Notes: generated by a model not told the origin, from the letters alone. A stretch of 64,000 nucleotides of DNA from Octopus vulgaris (GCA_951406725.2 OX597834.1:31806001-31870000), one strand, 5' to 3'; positions 1 to 16,014 are shown, numbered from the stretch's first letter. Made by a program: numbers and translations.

Positions 1-610
1 GCGTTGCTCAGGTTTGTGAATAACTATAAAGCATTTTAGAGAGTTATGCAAAAAATAGCAAAAATGGAAAAAAATTATGGTAAATTTTTTTGTAAAAAGG
101 TTGAGTTGCGTCCCTAGACAGTCTGTGGTTGTTTTTTGATTCTCGACCCATGTGAATTTATCGATTTTTCAGAACTGGGTTAACTTTTCAAAATTTTCGC
201 TGCGTTAGTTTTGAATTATGACATTGGCTATGTGTGTAAGTTTATCAGAATCGGTTGAAAGCCGTGGTCAGGGTGAGGTGTGTGTGTGTGTATATATATA
301 TGTGTGTATATATATTTTTTTTTTCTTGTCTCAGTCATTTGACTGCAGTCATGTTGGAGCACAAAGCATTTTTAACATTCTTCAGAAACTGATTGAAGTT
401 TTGTAGACTATTCATGTATTGTATTCATATGTTTAATATATTATTGTCACGTGTGAAGCAACGGGGTGAGAATGGCTACAATTGTTTCGTTTATGCATGT
501 GTGTATTATCTTCGACTTTTTCGGTCGTTGAACGGAGGCCTTGCTGAGGCACAGCATCGAATGGTTTTAGTTGAACAAAACGACCTTTGTAAGTTTTTGT
601 TCTTTAAAAT

Positions 611-1221
611 CTGGTACTTAGTCTATCGATGTCTTATTACCGAACCGCTAAGTTACGTGGACGTAATGAAACCATTACTAGTTGTCAAAACGAGAGCCTG
701 GTACTTAGTCTATCAGTGTCTTATTACCGAACCGCTAAGTTACGTGAACGTAATGAAACCATTACTAGTTGTCAAAACGAGAGCCTGGTACTTAGTCTAT
801 CAGTGTCTTATTGCCGAACCGCTCTAAGTTACGTGGACGTAATGAAACCATTACTAGTTGTCAAAACGAGAGCCTGGTACTTAGTCTATCAGTGTCTTAT
901 TGCCGAACCGCTAAGTTACGTGGACGTAATGAAACCATTACTAGTTGTCAAAACGAGAGCCTGGTACTTAGTCTATCAGTGTCTTATTGCCGAACCGCTA
1001 AGTTACGTGGACGTAATGAAACCATTACTAGTTGTCAAAACGAGAGCCTGGTACTTAGTCTATCAGTGTCTTATTGCCGAACCGCTAAGTTACGTGGACG
1101 TAATGAAACCATTACTAGTTGTCAAAACGAGAGCCTGGTACTTAGTCTATCAGTGTCTTATTGCCGAACCGCTAAGTTACGTGGACGTAATGAAACCGTT
1201 ACTAGTTGTCAAAACGAGAGC
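611..1221. repeat. Tandem array, 7 x 87 bp, amplified from the body of a SINE
   Basis: Units start at 611, 698, 785, 874 (2-bp insertion in unit 3), 961, 1048, 1135; the unit matches the ...gccgaaccgctaagttac...gttgtcaa segment of the SINE found throughout the window. Confidence 0.95.
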
Positions 1222-2802
1222 AGAAAGGCAAACACGCACGCTCGTGCACACACATATACGACGCGCTTCCACGCAGTTTCCGCCTTCTACTAAATTCTCT
1301 CACATGGCTTTGGTCGGAGCTATAGTAGATGACAAAATCGTCCAAGGTGCTATGCAGTAGGACTAAACCAGAAAGCATGTGGGTACAACTCCGTAAATCT
1401 CTGAGCGACACAGTACTCCATAACCGCACAATCATACTTGTTGCACCAATTTTGAAAAAGAAATTACTTATTTATATTTCCACCCAACCCACCAAAGAAT
1501 TTTTAAAAGAAAAAAGGATTTTATACTAATTGCCATCGAGCTTACGATAATTTTTTCCCATCATGTTGATGCGCGTACATGATAATTAAATATCATAATA
1601 ATTAATTACACTCATCAATCACGGACTGTAATCTTAACTTGGCTACGTCCATCATTAGAGCGGCTGCAGCTTAAATGATTTCGTATTTAAACCTGTGTTG
1701 TTGTCTTTGCTTTTTATCAATCACTGACGCAACATCTGGATATCTTTTTCAGAGGGGAAAATATTTAAGACTACACCGTTCCCATTTTACGGAATGTTTG
1801 CTATTGTCCGTGTTTTGTTAGAAAAACGTGACTCTTATATAACGCAGCCGCTACGTGACTGGTTGTTTGATTTGCTAGAAATAACAGCCAAATCTGCTAC
1901 CAACTACTAGGTGTAGGTATGGCTGTGTCGTAAGAAGTTTGCTTCCCAACCACATGGTCCTGGGATTGGCCCCACTGCATGACACCTTCTGCTATAACCC
2001 TGGGCTGATCAAAGTTTTGTGAGTGGATTTGGCAGGCTGAAACTAAAAGCCTGTCGCGCGCGCGTGTGTGTGCATTTGTGTTTATTTGTCCCCTTCCCAC
2101 CGTATGACAACTCGTTTGTTTACAACCCCCGTAACATTAGCAGCTCAACAAAAACCAGTCCTAGGGTCGATTTGTTCGACTAAACTCTTAAAGACGATTT
2201 CCCAGCAGGGCCGCTGTCTAATGACTGATACAAGTAAAAGAAAAAAAAAAAGAAAAGAAGACATTACATACTGAAGTCCTAAATAGACGGGATAGCCACG
2301 GCTAGAATGCCTTTAGAACACAGGTCTGCTTCTTCGCGATTGAACTAGGACAAAACAACGAATACGAAAGTCTCCGTGTATTATTCGTGCGACAATTAAG
2401 CCTTTGTATTACGTATACATTTCTATACTTGCGTCTGTGTGTGAGTGTGTGCTTTCATTTACAGCGTATAATCTACAATTGCATGTATTTACTTCAATAC
2501 AAACAACTCCCGCATGTCAGTAAACATAGGGTTCACGTTGCACAGATACATTTCAGCCTATGTCAAAGACAGTCACTGATAATAGGCAGTTCGTGGCGTC
2601 AGTAAGGGCGCCACAGACTTTAGAACTTCACATTTGAGTCTCCCTAACGGCCTCACGCACGAAATAGGGAATAGTAAAACAGTCGATAACTGACGAGGAG
2701 TTATCTTTTGGTGTTTTGTCCTCTACTTATCTTTCGTGTGCATACCTATTTTTTAATCGTTGATGATGTCCAGTACTTAATGTGTATTTTATATACATAC
2801 AT

Positions 2803-2981
2803 ACCATCGCTGATCTCGAAAAAGGAGAAATAAGCTATATAAAATCTCTAAGCGACATATACACAGTAGCAGTACGGAATCGTAACATATAATTGTCAAT
2901 TATATTCCGTATTGCTACTGTGTATATGTCGCTCAGATATTTTATATAGCTTATTTCTCCTATTTCGAAATCAGCGATGGT
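2803..2981. repeat. Long hairpin (inverted repeat, ~78-bp arms) directly upstream of the hammerhead-bearing element
   Basis: accatcgctgatctcgaaa...tacggaat versus attccgta...tttcgaaatcagcgatggt, few mismatches. Confidence 0.9.
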
Positions 2982-3048
2982 TCGTCGCTGGAAAAAGCAT
3001 ATCGTATTTTGCGAGTGGGGTGACTTTTCATCACTAGCTGGTGATTAA

Positions 3049-3093
3049 CACACGCTGAGGACGGGTAACCACCCAGAAACTCGAGTCCGTATG
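3049..3093 (+). ncRNA. Minimal type-I hammerhead ribozyme motif in a Penelope-like element end
   Basis: cacacg-CTGAGGA-c-gggt(aacc)accc-a-GAAA-ctcgag-TC-cgtatg: conserved CUGANGA and GAAA boxes, stem II gggt/accc, palindromic stem III, GUC triplet, stem I 5 of 6 bp. Confidence 0.7.
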
Positions 3094-5473
3094 TATCACG
3101 TAAGGCTAGAGATGGGAGCGATGACTTTCCCTTGCAAATACTAATCGGACACAGAATGTGTGTCGTTAGCCAGCTGGAAGAGATGTCTTCCTGGGGCTGT
3201 AAACGCCAGTAGCACCGTGCCATATAGGACGCCACACTTGGTTGGTAATTATATATATATATATATATATATTTCTTTTACTTGTTTCAGTCTTTTGACT
3301 GCAACTATGATGGAGCACCACCTTAAGGGGTATTAGTCGAACAAATCGACCCCAGGACTTATTCTTTGTAAGCCTAGTACTTACTCTGTCGGTCTCTTTT
3401 GCTGAACCACTAAGTTACGAGGGCATAAACACACCAGAATCGGTTGTCATGCGATGGCGGTGAGACAAACACACACACACACATATATATATACGACGGG
3501 CTTCTTCCAGTTTCCGTCTACTAAATCCACTCACAAGGCTTTGGTCAGCCCGAGGCTATAGTTAGAAGAATCTTGCCCATGTGCTACACAGTAGGACTGA
3601 ACCCGCAACCATGTGGTTGGGAAGCAAGCTTCTTACCACACAGCCCCGCCTGGATTATTCCAATCCAGTACGTAGATGTTGTCGTTGTTACATTGGTGTG
3701 CGGTACATATTAGAGTTGAAAACTCTGGCAATACTGTTTGCAGAGTTATATAACGAAACAAGAAGTTGGGAAAATTTTCGGTGTTATTTATTCACCACAT
3801 ACATAAAGCATCTTCAGACGTTGGGCCTCGCTGAGGAAATGACGAGGGATCGTCACCTCTGGCGATTTGCTGTATTTGAGAAAGCACAGGTGTGTGCATG
3901 TATGTAAAATCGCGGCCATCCATGCATGCAGGCATATCCTTTATGGTCATGCCCCCACTCCCAGCTGAGAGCTATTCGTCTTGCAGGTGTCAGTGCCACG
4001 TAAAAAGCACCAAGCACACTCTGTTAAGTGGTTGGCATTAGGAAAGGCATCCGACCGTAGAAACCATGCCAAAACAGATGACTGAAGCCTGGACAGCTCT
4101 CTGATTGACCAGCTCCTGTCAAACCCATGCCAGCATGGAAAACGGACGTTAAATGATGGGGATGTGTGGCGGAGGGTGAGTAGTGCATTCTCCTATCGTG
4201 AACGACAAATGGGCTGGACCGTCTTATGGTATGGATATATTGGGCAGTTGCCCACGAGCCGCACTAGTCTAGTCATCGAATTCTGAAATATATATATCTC
4301 GTGGCTTACTGTCAATGAGAAATACTATAGGACCCAGTGCGCTGATTCGCCCGGAAGCCTGTAAAGCTGCTAAAACAGCCGTGAAAATGGGAGTTTCACA
4401 CCGCACCACAAACCAACTGAGAAGGTTTGTTTTTATTCATTGACAATCGAATCATCCAAGTATCTTTATGAACTCACTTGACAATGTTGGTAAAAGTATA
4501 TCTTCGATAACTTCTGATGAAGATGCTTTCATGGAAGCAGCTAACGAATAATGAATTCTCAGATAAGATTAGATACGTACAAAACACTGGGAAGACAGAA
4601 CGTTCGAACTGGAATAGGAAAAGAAACATTTTATGGCACAACCCAATACTTAACCTAGAAGTAAAAAATTAAAATAGCAAGGTGTGAACTTTGAGAGAAT
4701 AATTGAGAATTTTTGTCCAAGCCAGTAATGGTTTACACAAAAGAACGGAACTGTTTGCACCTTATATGCACGGAGCTAAATATCTTTTATGTAAATACCA
4801 GCCTTCTTGAATTTCGTCTTGCTTTGGGCTTCGATTATATTTAAATAATGTATGTATACGTGTGTATCTACCTTATTTGAAGGCGCAAAAAAAACAAAAA
4901 AAAACTTTTTAAAGAATTTAATGTATTAAAGCATATAATATTTGAGGCAACTTGGTATGTGGGACATGAGGTAATTTTTTTGAAGATACTTTTTCTTTTT
5001 AAAAATGTGCATCTTATATGCCATCAAATAGTATTTGTATGTATGTAGATAAATTAAGAAATGGAGTTAAACGCAAGTGTTATTCGAATCTTTATACTTC
5101 CGACATATGTTTCGAAGAAAATGATTACCGCGTATATGAAGGGAACGCTGTCAAGTTATTTTTTGAAAAACCGTTAATAGATTTAACGTCAAAAGTAATT
5201 TAGAAAAAGAGAAGTGGGAGAAAGAAAAAAAGGTAACAGAAAATTAAGAGTGGAGAAATATAGTGCGATAGAAGAGTGGAAATAAAGCTTTAAGGCGTGT
5301 ATTGTATCGTATGTATATGCGTGTGTGTGTATGTGCGTGTAAATGGATGTATGCATATATTTCATATAATAATTTTTTTCTTTACGAATTTTCATTATTT
5401 TTTTTATTGATTCTGTCTTCTGCATGGAATTCTGTCTTTCGCAATGGAATTAATACGATTATCCATTAAAATT

Positions 5474-5674
5474 ACTCTTTACTCTTTTACTTGTTTCAGT
5501 CATTTGACTGCGGCCATGCTGGAGCACCGCCTTTAATCGAGCAACTCGACACCGGGACTTATTCTTTGTAAGCCCAGTACTTATTCTATCGGTCTGTTTT
5601 GCCGAACCGCTAAGTGACGGGGACATAAACACACCAGCATCGGTTGTCAAGCAATGCTAGGGGGACAAACACAA

Positions 5675-5745
<71 letters not shown>

Positions 5746-5906
5746 TACGACGGGCTTCTTTCAGTTTCCGTCTACCAAATCCACTCACAAGGATTTGGTC
5801 GGCCCGAGGCTATAGTAGAAGACACTTGCCCAAGGTGCCGCGCAGTGGGACTGGACCCGGAACCATGTGGTTGGGAAACAAGCTACTTACCACACAGCCA
5901 CTCCTG
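5474..5906 (-). mobile_element. tRNA-derived SINE family 1 (CORE-like ccttgggcaag segment), full length
   Basis: A box tggctgtgtgg, B box ggttcagtcc-like, internal (TA)/(TG) tract, tail gtaaaaga repeats. Confidence 0.9.
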
Positions 5907-6361
5907 TTTTTTTTAATATTCCCCATCTACCCCCTAACTCCACTGTTTTTCTTTTTTTCATAATTTCCCATAATTCCTGGTTTTAAAATGCGATCAGTCC
6001 GATTTTGCCATTCGTTTCTCTTTATAATTTCCAAATAATTTTTTAAATACTTCGAAATCAAAGTCGAAAAAGTTTTAAACAATCGCGCATGCGCACCGCC
6101 TACTATCAGTTCTTGCGTGTTTGTTTTAGAGAAAATTACTTACTAACAGAAAATGTCATGAAAATAAATAATTTGCAACATACCTTTAAATTAAAGCGGA
6201 TGAATTTCCGGTATGTGCTTTATAAACGTATTTGAATTTTTCTCCCAGGCATTGTCCACGAAGTGTACAATCCAGATTTCTATTTGATTGTGATCTCGCT
6301 AGGAGTCACACATTTATTTCTAAAATAACAGTACGTGCCTCGATCAGAACTCCGCCAAATA

Positions 6362-6362
6362 T

Positions 6363-6417
<55 letters not shown>

Positions 6418-6475
6418 CATATACATACATACATATACATACATACATATATATATATATACATATATATATATA

Positions 6476-6536
<61 letters not shown>

Positions 6537-6892
6537 CATACATATACATATATATACATATATATATGTATATGCATATATATATATATATATATATAAC
6601 CACCAGACTTCGTTTTCGTTATCTATTCCTTCTGTTTTGCATATGTGAATTACAGGGTTTGTCGTGCCCGGAGTCCAACTTTGATAGAAATAAGCATTCT
6701 TGACTGCTATTTCTATTTTTTCGGTATGCGGTCAAGCAACCTGTTGCCTGTCCCCTTTTCTTATATACAATATATATACTGAACTTTACAGAAGTTCCTG
6801 CCGGAAATCGGCTATATTTACATACCGAATTCTACCAGTAAATAATTGGGGTTTTTTTAAAAGCCTTTATAGAAATTATTTACTCTTATTAT

Positions 6893-6939
<47 letters not shown>

Positions 6940-7084
6940 CATACATATACATACATATACATATATATATATACATATACATACATACATATACATATAT
7001 ATATATACATATATACATACATATATATACATATACATACATATATACATACATATATACATATATATATACATACATACACAC

Positions 7085-7140
<56 letters not shown>
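6362..7140. repeat. Two compound (TA)n/(TACA)n microsatellites (6362-6598, 6895-7140)
   Basis: Directly visible; source of the YI-repeat ORFs. Confidence 0.98.
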
Positions 7141-7143
<3 letters not shown>

Positions 7144-7676
7144 AATCCTTCGGTATTTGTACATGACGTCATCCACACACTTCCTTCCCTCATGACATAA
7201 AAAGGCAAAGATGAAAAAGAACGTGAATGACGTCGTCTCCTCATACCGACACAATCTGTAGACCAATATCGAAGGACCACCGAAATGAAATAAGTACTGT
7301 TGTCAATTTGTTCGACTAAAATCCTTCAAAGCAGTGTCCCAGCGTGGCCACAGACCAAGGAGGTGCGTGTCTGTACGTATGCATGAGATCGTATAACATG
7401 CGTGTTCGCATTCCTGTCAATGTGTAAGGGTCTTTAAAAGAAAATGATCTGGTTCTGCTGTTTATCTCGCACCCCCTGTAAATTCCTGCAACCGAGCGGT
7501 TCGACATGTAGGGAACGACTGAGTGGGGTGGGTACACTAGCCTGGTCGCAAACTAGGAATAATTAACTCAGTGTCTGTAAAACAAATTTACAAAACATAT
7601 ATACGAATTTACATATACACACATACATACGTCCAAGGTTACGTATGAAGAGATTCGCTTTCTCACAGGCATATTG

Positions 7677-10090
<2,414 letters not shown>

Positions 10091-10603
10091 CAATACGCCT
10101 GTGAGAATGTATGAGAAAGCGAATCTCTACATACGTAACCTTAGACGTATGAATGTGTGTATATGTAAATTCGTATATTTAAGATCGCCAAATATGTGTA
10201 CACTTTTAAATGTGAATATATATATATATATCACATGGTTCCGGGTTCGGTCCCACTGTGTGGTACCTTGGGCAAGTGTCTTCTACTGTAGCCTCGGGCC
10301 GACCAAAGCCTTGTGAGTGGATTTGGTAGACGGAAACTGAAAGAAGCCCGTCGTATATATGTATATTTATATGTTTGTGTGTCTGTGTTTGTCCCCCCTC
10401 CTCCCCAACATCGCTTGACAACCGATTCTGGTGTGTTTACGTCCCTGTAACTTAGTGGTCCCGCAAAAGCGACCGATAGAATAAGTATTAGGCTTACAAA
10501 GAATAAGTCCTAGGGTCGATTTGCCCGACTAAAGGCGGTGCTCCGGCATGACCGCAGTCAAATCACTGAAACAAGTAAAGGAATAAGTGTGTGTAAATTC
10601 GAG

Positions 10604-12448
10604 GGTGCATTTGTGCGTGTAAATGCGAGCGTGTGCATATGTATATACATATGTGTATGTGTGCATTTGTGTTTGTCTGTGTCTGTCGCTTCCAACATGT
10701 AAACGTGCTTTCTATTACAATAGTTGAGAGGCACGTGTAGTACTTTGCGTGTCTCTTTCTGAACAAAGACGGCATCATGGGGTGTATAAAAAATGATTTA
10801 TAACAGATAATAAATAGTGGATAGGAGCTTGAGGGTGAAATGAGGTGGGTAAAGGAAGAGACGGCTGAGGAGTGACAATTGTTTATGTGTCTATGTGAAG
10901 ATAGCCAGAAAGAGGAAGTCCCTGTTGTATTACACTACCTTCTCATCTTTAGTAGGTTGATTGTTGCGGTAAGAAGTCTGCTTCCCAACCACACATTCGT
11001 AGTTCGTTTGCAATTTTCCCCGCCAAATCTGTTTGGCACTGTGCCGTGTCGACCCCTCCTGGCATTTATATAGCTTTCAATGCCAAAATTTGATAATCCC
11101 TTCCAGGATCGTCCAGATGTATATTACTGCACACCTATCCCGTCTTCGCTCCAGGGAGTAGAGTCTTAGCTGTTTCAGCCTTTCCCAGTAGCTGAGTTGT
11201 TGCAATGAGACGATCTTCTTAGTGAAGCTTCGCTGAATTGCTTCAATGCCCGCTGTTAATTTTACACTGTGGAGTGACCATACCTGGGAACAGTAGTCCA
11301 GGCGGCTGAGGATGAATGTCCTCCAGAGGACCATCATGGTTTCCTCCTCTCTGATTCTGAAGGTTCTCAGGATCCAGCCAGCCAGCCATCTGCTCTTTGT
11401 CACCTTGGAAAGAGGTATCATCATTCATGGCGATACCCAGGCCCCGCACTGATTTAGGTTCTGGGATTGTAATCCCCCGTGAGTTTTACGTTCAGTTTCG
11501 GGCGCTGGTAGCGCAAGGCTTGGAACTTTCCAGCATTAAACTGCATATTATTGTCCTCTGCCCATCTGTAAAGTGCAACATCGCTAGGGTTTTGTATTTT
11601 CTGCGAGACATTCGTATCGTCTGCGTAGCTAGCAAGGGTGGCTATCTAGGCAGCTATGAAAAGGAATGGTCCCAAGACAGTACCCTCACTATTTGTGTTT
11701 TCTTTGACGTGGCTCATTGGTCACCACTTCCTGACTTCTATATTTCAGAAAGTCATGTAACCACTCTCCAAGCTTTCCAGCTATGGAAAGTTTTCACGCA
11801 GTTTGTGGAATATCATATTCTGCCTCAATACCTAGTCATAGTCCTATAGGAGCTGCGTCAGGCAGCTCCTACCAGTTCAAAAACCATGCTGGGTATCCCT
11901 GGAGCGAAGACGGGATAGGTGTGCAGTAATATACATCTGGACGATCCTGGAAGGGATTATCAAATTTTGGCATTGAAAGCTATATAAATGCCAGGAGGGG
12001 TCGACACGGCACAGTGCCAAACAGATTTGGCGGGAAAATTGCAAACGAACTACGAATGTGTGGTTGGGAAGCAGACTTCTTACCGCAACAATCAACCTAC
12101 TAAAGATGAGAAGGTAGTGTAATACAACAGGGACTTCCTCTTTCTGACTATCTTCACATAGACACATAAACAATTGTCACTCCTCAGCCGTCTCTTCCTT
12201 TACCCACCTCATTTCACCCTCAAGCTCCTATCCACTATTTATTATCTGTTATAAATCATTTTTTATACACCACATGATGCCGTCTTTGTTCAGAAAGAGA
12301 CACGCAAAGTACTACACGTGCCTCTCAACTATTGTAATAGAAAGCACGTTTATATGTTGGAAGCGACAAACACAGACAAACACAAATGCACACATACACA
12401 TATGTATATACATATGCACACGCTCACATTTACACGCACAAATGCACC
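10604..12448. repeat. Near-perfect ~554-bp inverted duplication (10604-11157 / 11896-12448)
   Basis: Near-identical ORF translations on opposite strands (10563-10778 vs 12274-12489; 10879-11073 vs 11877-12173); junctions mapped by eye. Confidence 0.95.
11020..11896 (-). mobile_element. Degenerate CR1-group LINE, reverse-transcriptase 3' part
   Basis: Minus-strand peptides QHGF..GRSCLTQLL, SYADDT, LSRLDYCSQVWS, LSYWERLKQLRLYSLERRR with stops and frameshifts. Confidence 0.9.
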
Positions 12449-12642
12449 GTATCACTCAGCAATTTGTTTTCATCAAGGAATGCGATTAGTTTCCCTCTGA
12501 CTAATCGTTCCATGATTTTGCTGATGTTTGAAGTCAGAGAGATAGGCCTATAATTATTGGCATCTGCTCTGCTTCCTCCTTTATGGATTGGGAATATTAT
12601 TCCCTCCTTTAGTTTGCTTGCCATTTGCAAGAAAACTCTCAA
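12449..12642 (-). mobile_element. Upstream part of the same CR1-group LINE RT
   Basis: IFPIHKGGSRADANNYRPISLTSNISKIMERLV...LLSDT, which is directly continued by QHGF at about 11890. Confidence 0.9.
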
Positions 12643-13512
12643 AGAGAATCCGTAGTGGTTTCATCTGGGCACGTTGGAGAGAAGTAGAAGAAACATCTTA
12701 GAGTTGAGCGCAGCGTAGAAAAGTGGTGGAATAGCATTGCGCTGAAACGGAGCGAAGGGGTTCAAAGAAATGGAAAGTCGCAAGCATTATCGATTTTATC
12801 GGGAATCCAAGATGTGGCAGCTGGAGAGAGAGAGAGACAGACAGACAGACAAACAGAAAGCTGCACCAGCACTGACTGGCCTGTTACTTATTTTCAACGT
12901 TGTGGACTAATATGAACGACTTTTTCCCAGAGGTGAAAAATGGGCTTGCGTGCCCAAAGGCTATGCATTCTCACATTGAGTGAAACAACAAAGACTTATT
13001 TAAACGATCACCTGAAGAAGTGATGACAGTGACTACGCAACATGTTAATGATATTTCACCAATGTCCTACGAGTGTAAAAACGTGTCGAAACAATTGTGG
13101 TGATTTAAAATAAACAATGTTTTTCAATCCATTTTCTATCTATCTATCTATGCGTGTATCTTTGTGCTTGTCCCTATCACTGCTTGACAACCGGTGCTGG
13201 TTTGTTCGCGTCCCCGTAACTAAGTGGTTTGGCCATGAGAAACCGATAGAATAACTACCAAGTTTACACAGAAAAAAAAATGGAAAAGAAAAATACCTGG
13301 ATCGATTTGTTCGATTTAACAAAAAAAAACAGAAGAAACCTTCAAAGCGGTGCCCCACCATGGCTGCAGTCCAATGACTGAAACAAGTAAAAGAATAAAA
13401 GAAGTACGTCTACTTTTATTGTCATTCCCTTGTTTTTTTAAATATATTTCTTCTTCCTCTTACGCCTCGCCATTACTTCCCTCTCTTCTCGTCTTTCCTT
13501 CATTGTATTATT

Positions 13513-13897
13513 ACTCTTTTCTTACTCTTTTACTTGTTTCAGTCATTTGACTGTGGCCATGCTGGAGCACCGCCTTTAGTCGGGCAAATCGACCCCAGGA
13601 CTTATTCTTTGTAAGCCCAGTACTTATTCTATCGGTCTCTTTTGCCGAACCGCTAAGTGACGGGGACGTAAACACACCAGCATCGGTTGTCAAGCAATGC
13701 TAGGGGAACAAACACACACACACATACATATATATACATATATACGACAGGCTTCTTTCAGTTTCCGTCTACCAAATCCACTCACAAGGCATTGGTCGGC
13801 CCGGGGCTATAGCAGAAGACACTTGCCCAAGATGCCACGCAGTGGGACTGAACCGGAGCCATGTGGTTGGTTAGCAACTACTACCACACAGCCACTC

Positions 13898-13986
<89 letters not shown>

Positions 13987-14143
13987 GACAGGCTTCTTTC
14001 AGTTTCCGTCCAAATCCACTCACAAGGCATTGGTCGGCCCGGGGCTATAGCAGAAGACACTTGCCCAAGATGCCACGCAGTGGGACTGAACCCGGAGCCA
14101 TGTGGTTGGTTAGCAAGCTACTTACCACACAGCCACTCCTGCG
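13513..14143 (-). mobile_element. SINE family 1 copy with tandemly duplicated head separated by (TA)n
   Basis: 13741-13900 is repeated at 13982-14141. Confidence 0.85.
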
Positions 14144-15169
14144 CCTATGTCTCTTTGTTACGTCCTATTTGTCCTCCCTTTTCTTTCATTCATTAATCAC
14201 CTTTCTCTCCACCTTCCTTATTTTTTCATTCCATTACACCTTTCTCCTTCCTGCCTTCCTTCTTTTGTGCCCTAATCTCTATTTTCATCCCAACCCCTTC
14301 CATTCACACACAGCACATCTCCAAAACCGACGCTCTCCCCTACCGCTTCATCTCCATCACGTCCTCATGTTCTCCTGTTTAAACAAAAGCACTCGGCCTA
14401 AATCTGTCCTTCAATCTGTCTTGTTGTTGGTAGTGGGGTGGTCGTAATGGTGGGGTTAATGATCACAGTAACGGTGGGGTTAATGATTGCAGTAACGGTG
14501 GGGTTAATGATCGCAGTAATGGTAGTGGTGGTCGTTGTCGGAGTGGGAGATGTTTCAAATAAGTATCTAATTAATCAACAAGTAGTTTGTTGTCTCATTC
14601 TTTGTGCAAAAAGAAAAGGTCGCGGCAAGTGCTGACCTCCTCCACTTAAAACCAATCAGGATTTACAGTCACGATGGGAATATTTCGTTGATATATAATT
14701 CGTCTGCCGTTACGTCTTGAGTTCGAATTCCGCCGAGGTCGACTTTGCTTTTCATCCTTTCGAGGTCGATTGAATAAGTACCAGTTACGCACTGGGGTCG
14801 ATGTAATCGATTTAATCCCTTTGTCTGTCCTTGTTTGTCCCCTCTATGTTTAGCCCCTTGTGGGCAATAAAGAAATGAGTCTATAACGTCATGAGTGAGT
14901 GTGTGACACTGTGTTTCATCCACTCGACAACATCCCAGCCATGTCCACCCCTGCTCATCTTTCAGGGTTCCTATGGCCCTCAGGGGTTCACATAAGATTT
15001 TGTTATTAAAATTTATCCACAATAAATTGGTTATCCTTCTACAATACACAAATTATTTTTCTACAACTCCTAATAATATTCAATTATAAGCGATATAAAA
15101 AGATTTTTTTTAAACATCAAATGACTGAGGGTCCAATAAGTGGGAAATAGGGACCAAAGAGGTCTATAG

Positions 15170-16014
15170 TGTAGCGTGGACGCGGCTGAAATTCCTCTTT
15201 CCCATTTATTATATATACTACGTGCATTCGAACGTAGTAGGAAACAGCTAACCTTTGACCGCTATTTGGATCCCGTTGTGTCCACTACTCTGATTGGTTG
15301 GTATAGGCGCAATTTGTCTCTTACTCTGTCGCACCAACTTGCCTTGTATAACCAGACGGAGTCCCTAAATAGGATCACGTGGGACAGTCTGTTTACAACC
15401 ATGTTTTTAGCCTACTGTTCCTTATAAAAACTCCGCTTTACCTCGTTTCGAAGTCTTTGGTTCCTGACCTTTTAAGCTCTAGCCACTGACCACAAAGAAA
15501 CAGCCAGTTCTAATGACAACGCCAGACTACCACCACCACAGCAGCTACGTTGAGACTCACCAACTTCGTCCAACAGTATTTCGGCAACCTCCTTCTTCGT
15601 CGCCTCCATCGTGTCCTTAACGTCGTCAACATCGTCTCTCTACGTACACAGCTCAGCAAGCAATTCACCCAGGTTCTAACACTTCACTATTCGTGAATTA
15701 TCTCACTACGGATCAGCAGCGAATATACAACCTGTATGAACTCCTGTGCAAGTGACCCAGGCAGCAGCAGCATCATAGCCACGACTTCATGTACGACATG
15801 CACCCGTAACCGGCTCAGCACCCTTGATGCAGCATTTTAACTACCGTGTACGATTGACTACGAACTGGAATTATTCATCTTTCTTGTGTCTATGAACTTA
15901 CTTCTCACTTCGATGGCTATAGACTCTTTCACTGTCTCCTTCTTCATCATTAAATGTTCTTAACACGCGCATACCTTTTGTTCTCATGACGGCCGTTCTG
16001 TTATTCTGTATACA
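15170..16014 (+). mobile_element. Possible solo LTR
   Basis: TG...CA ends, ATTGG 15293, CACGTG, TATAAAA 15423, ATTAAA 15949, CpG-rich; no TSD identified. Confidence 0.35.

Noticed and set aside
611-1221. CRISPR-like array or repeat-protein ORFs
   Set aside because: Units are contiguous with no unique spacers, are SINE-derived, and lie in a eukaryotic context.
2670-2710. CTGACGA near aaacagtc as a hammerhead
   Set aside because: Could not assemble stems I-III in a valid order.
4512-4550. CTGATGA as a hammerhead or C/D-box motif
   Set aside because: No GAAA box or closing stem I.
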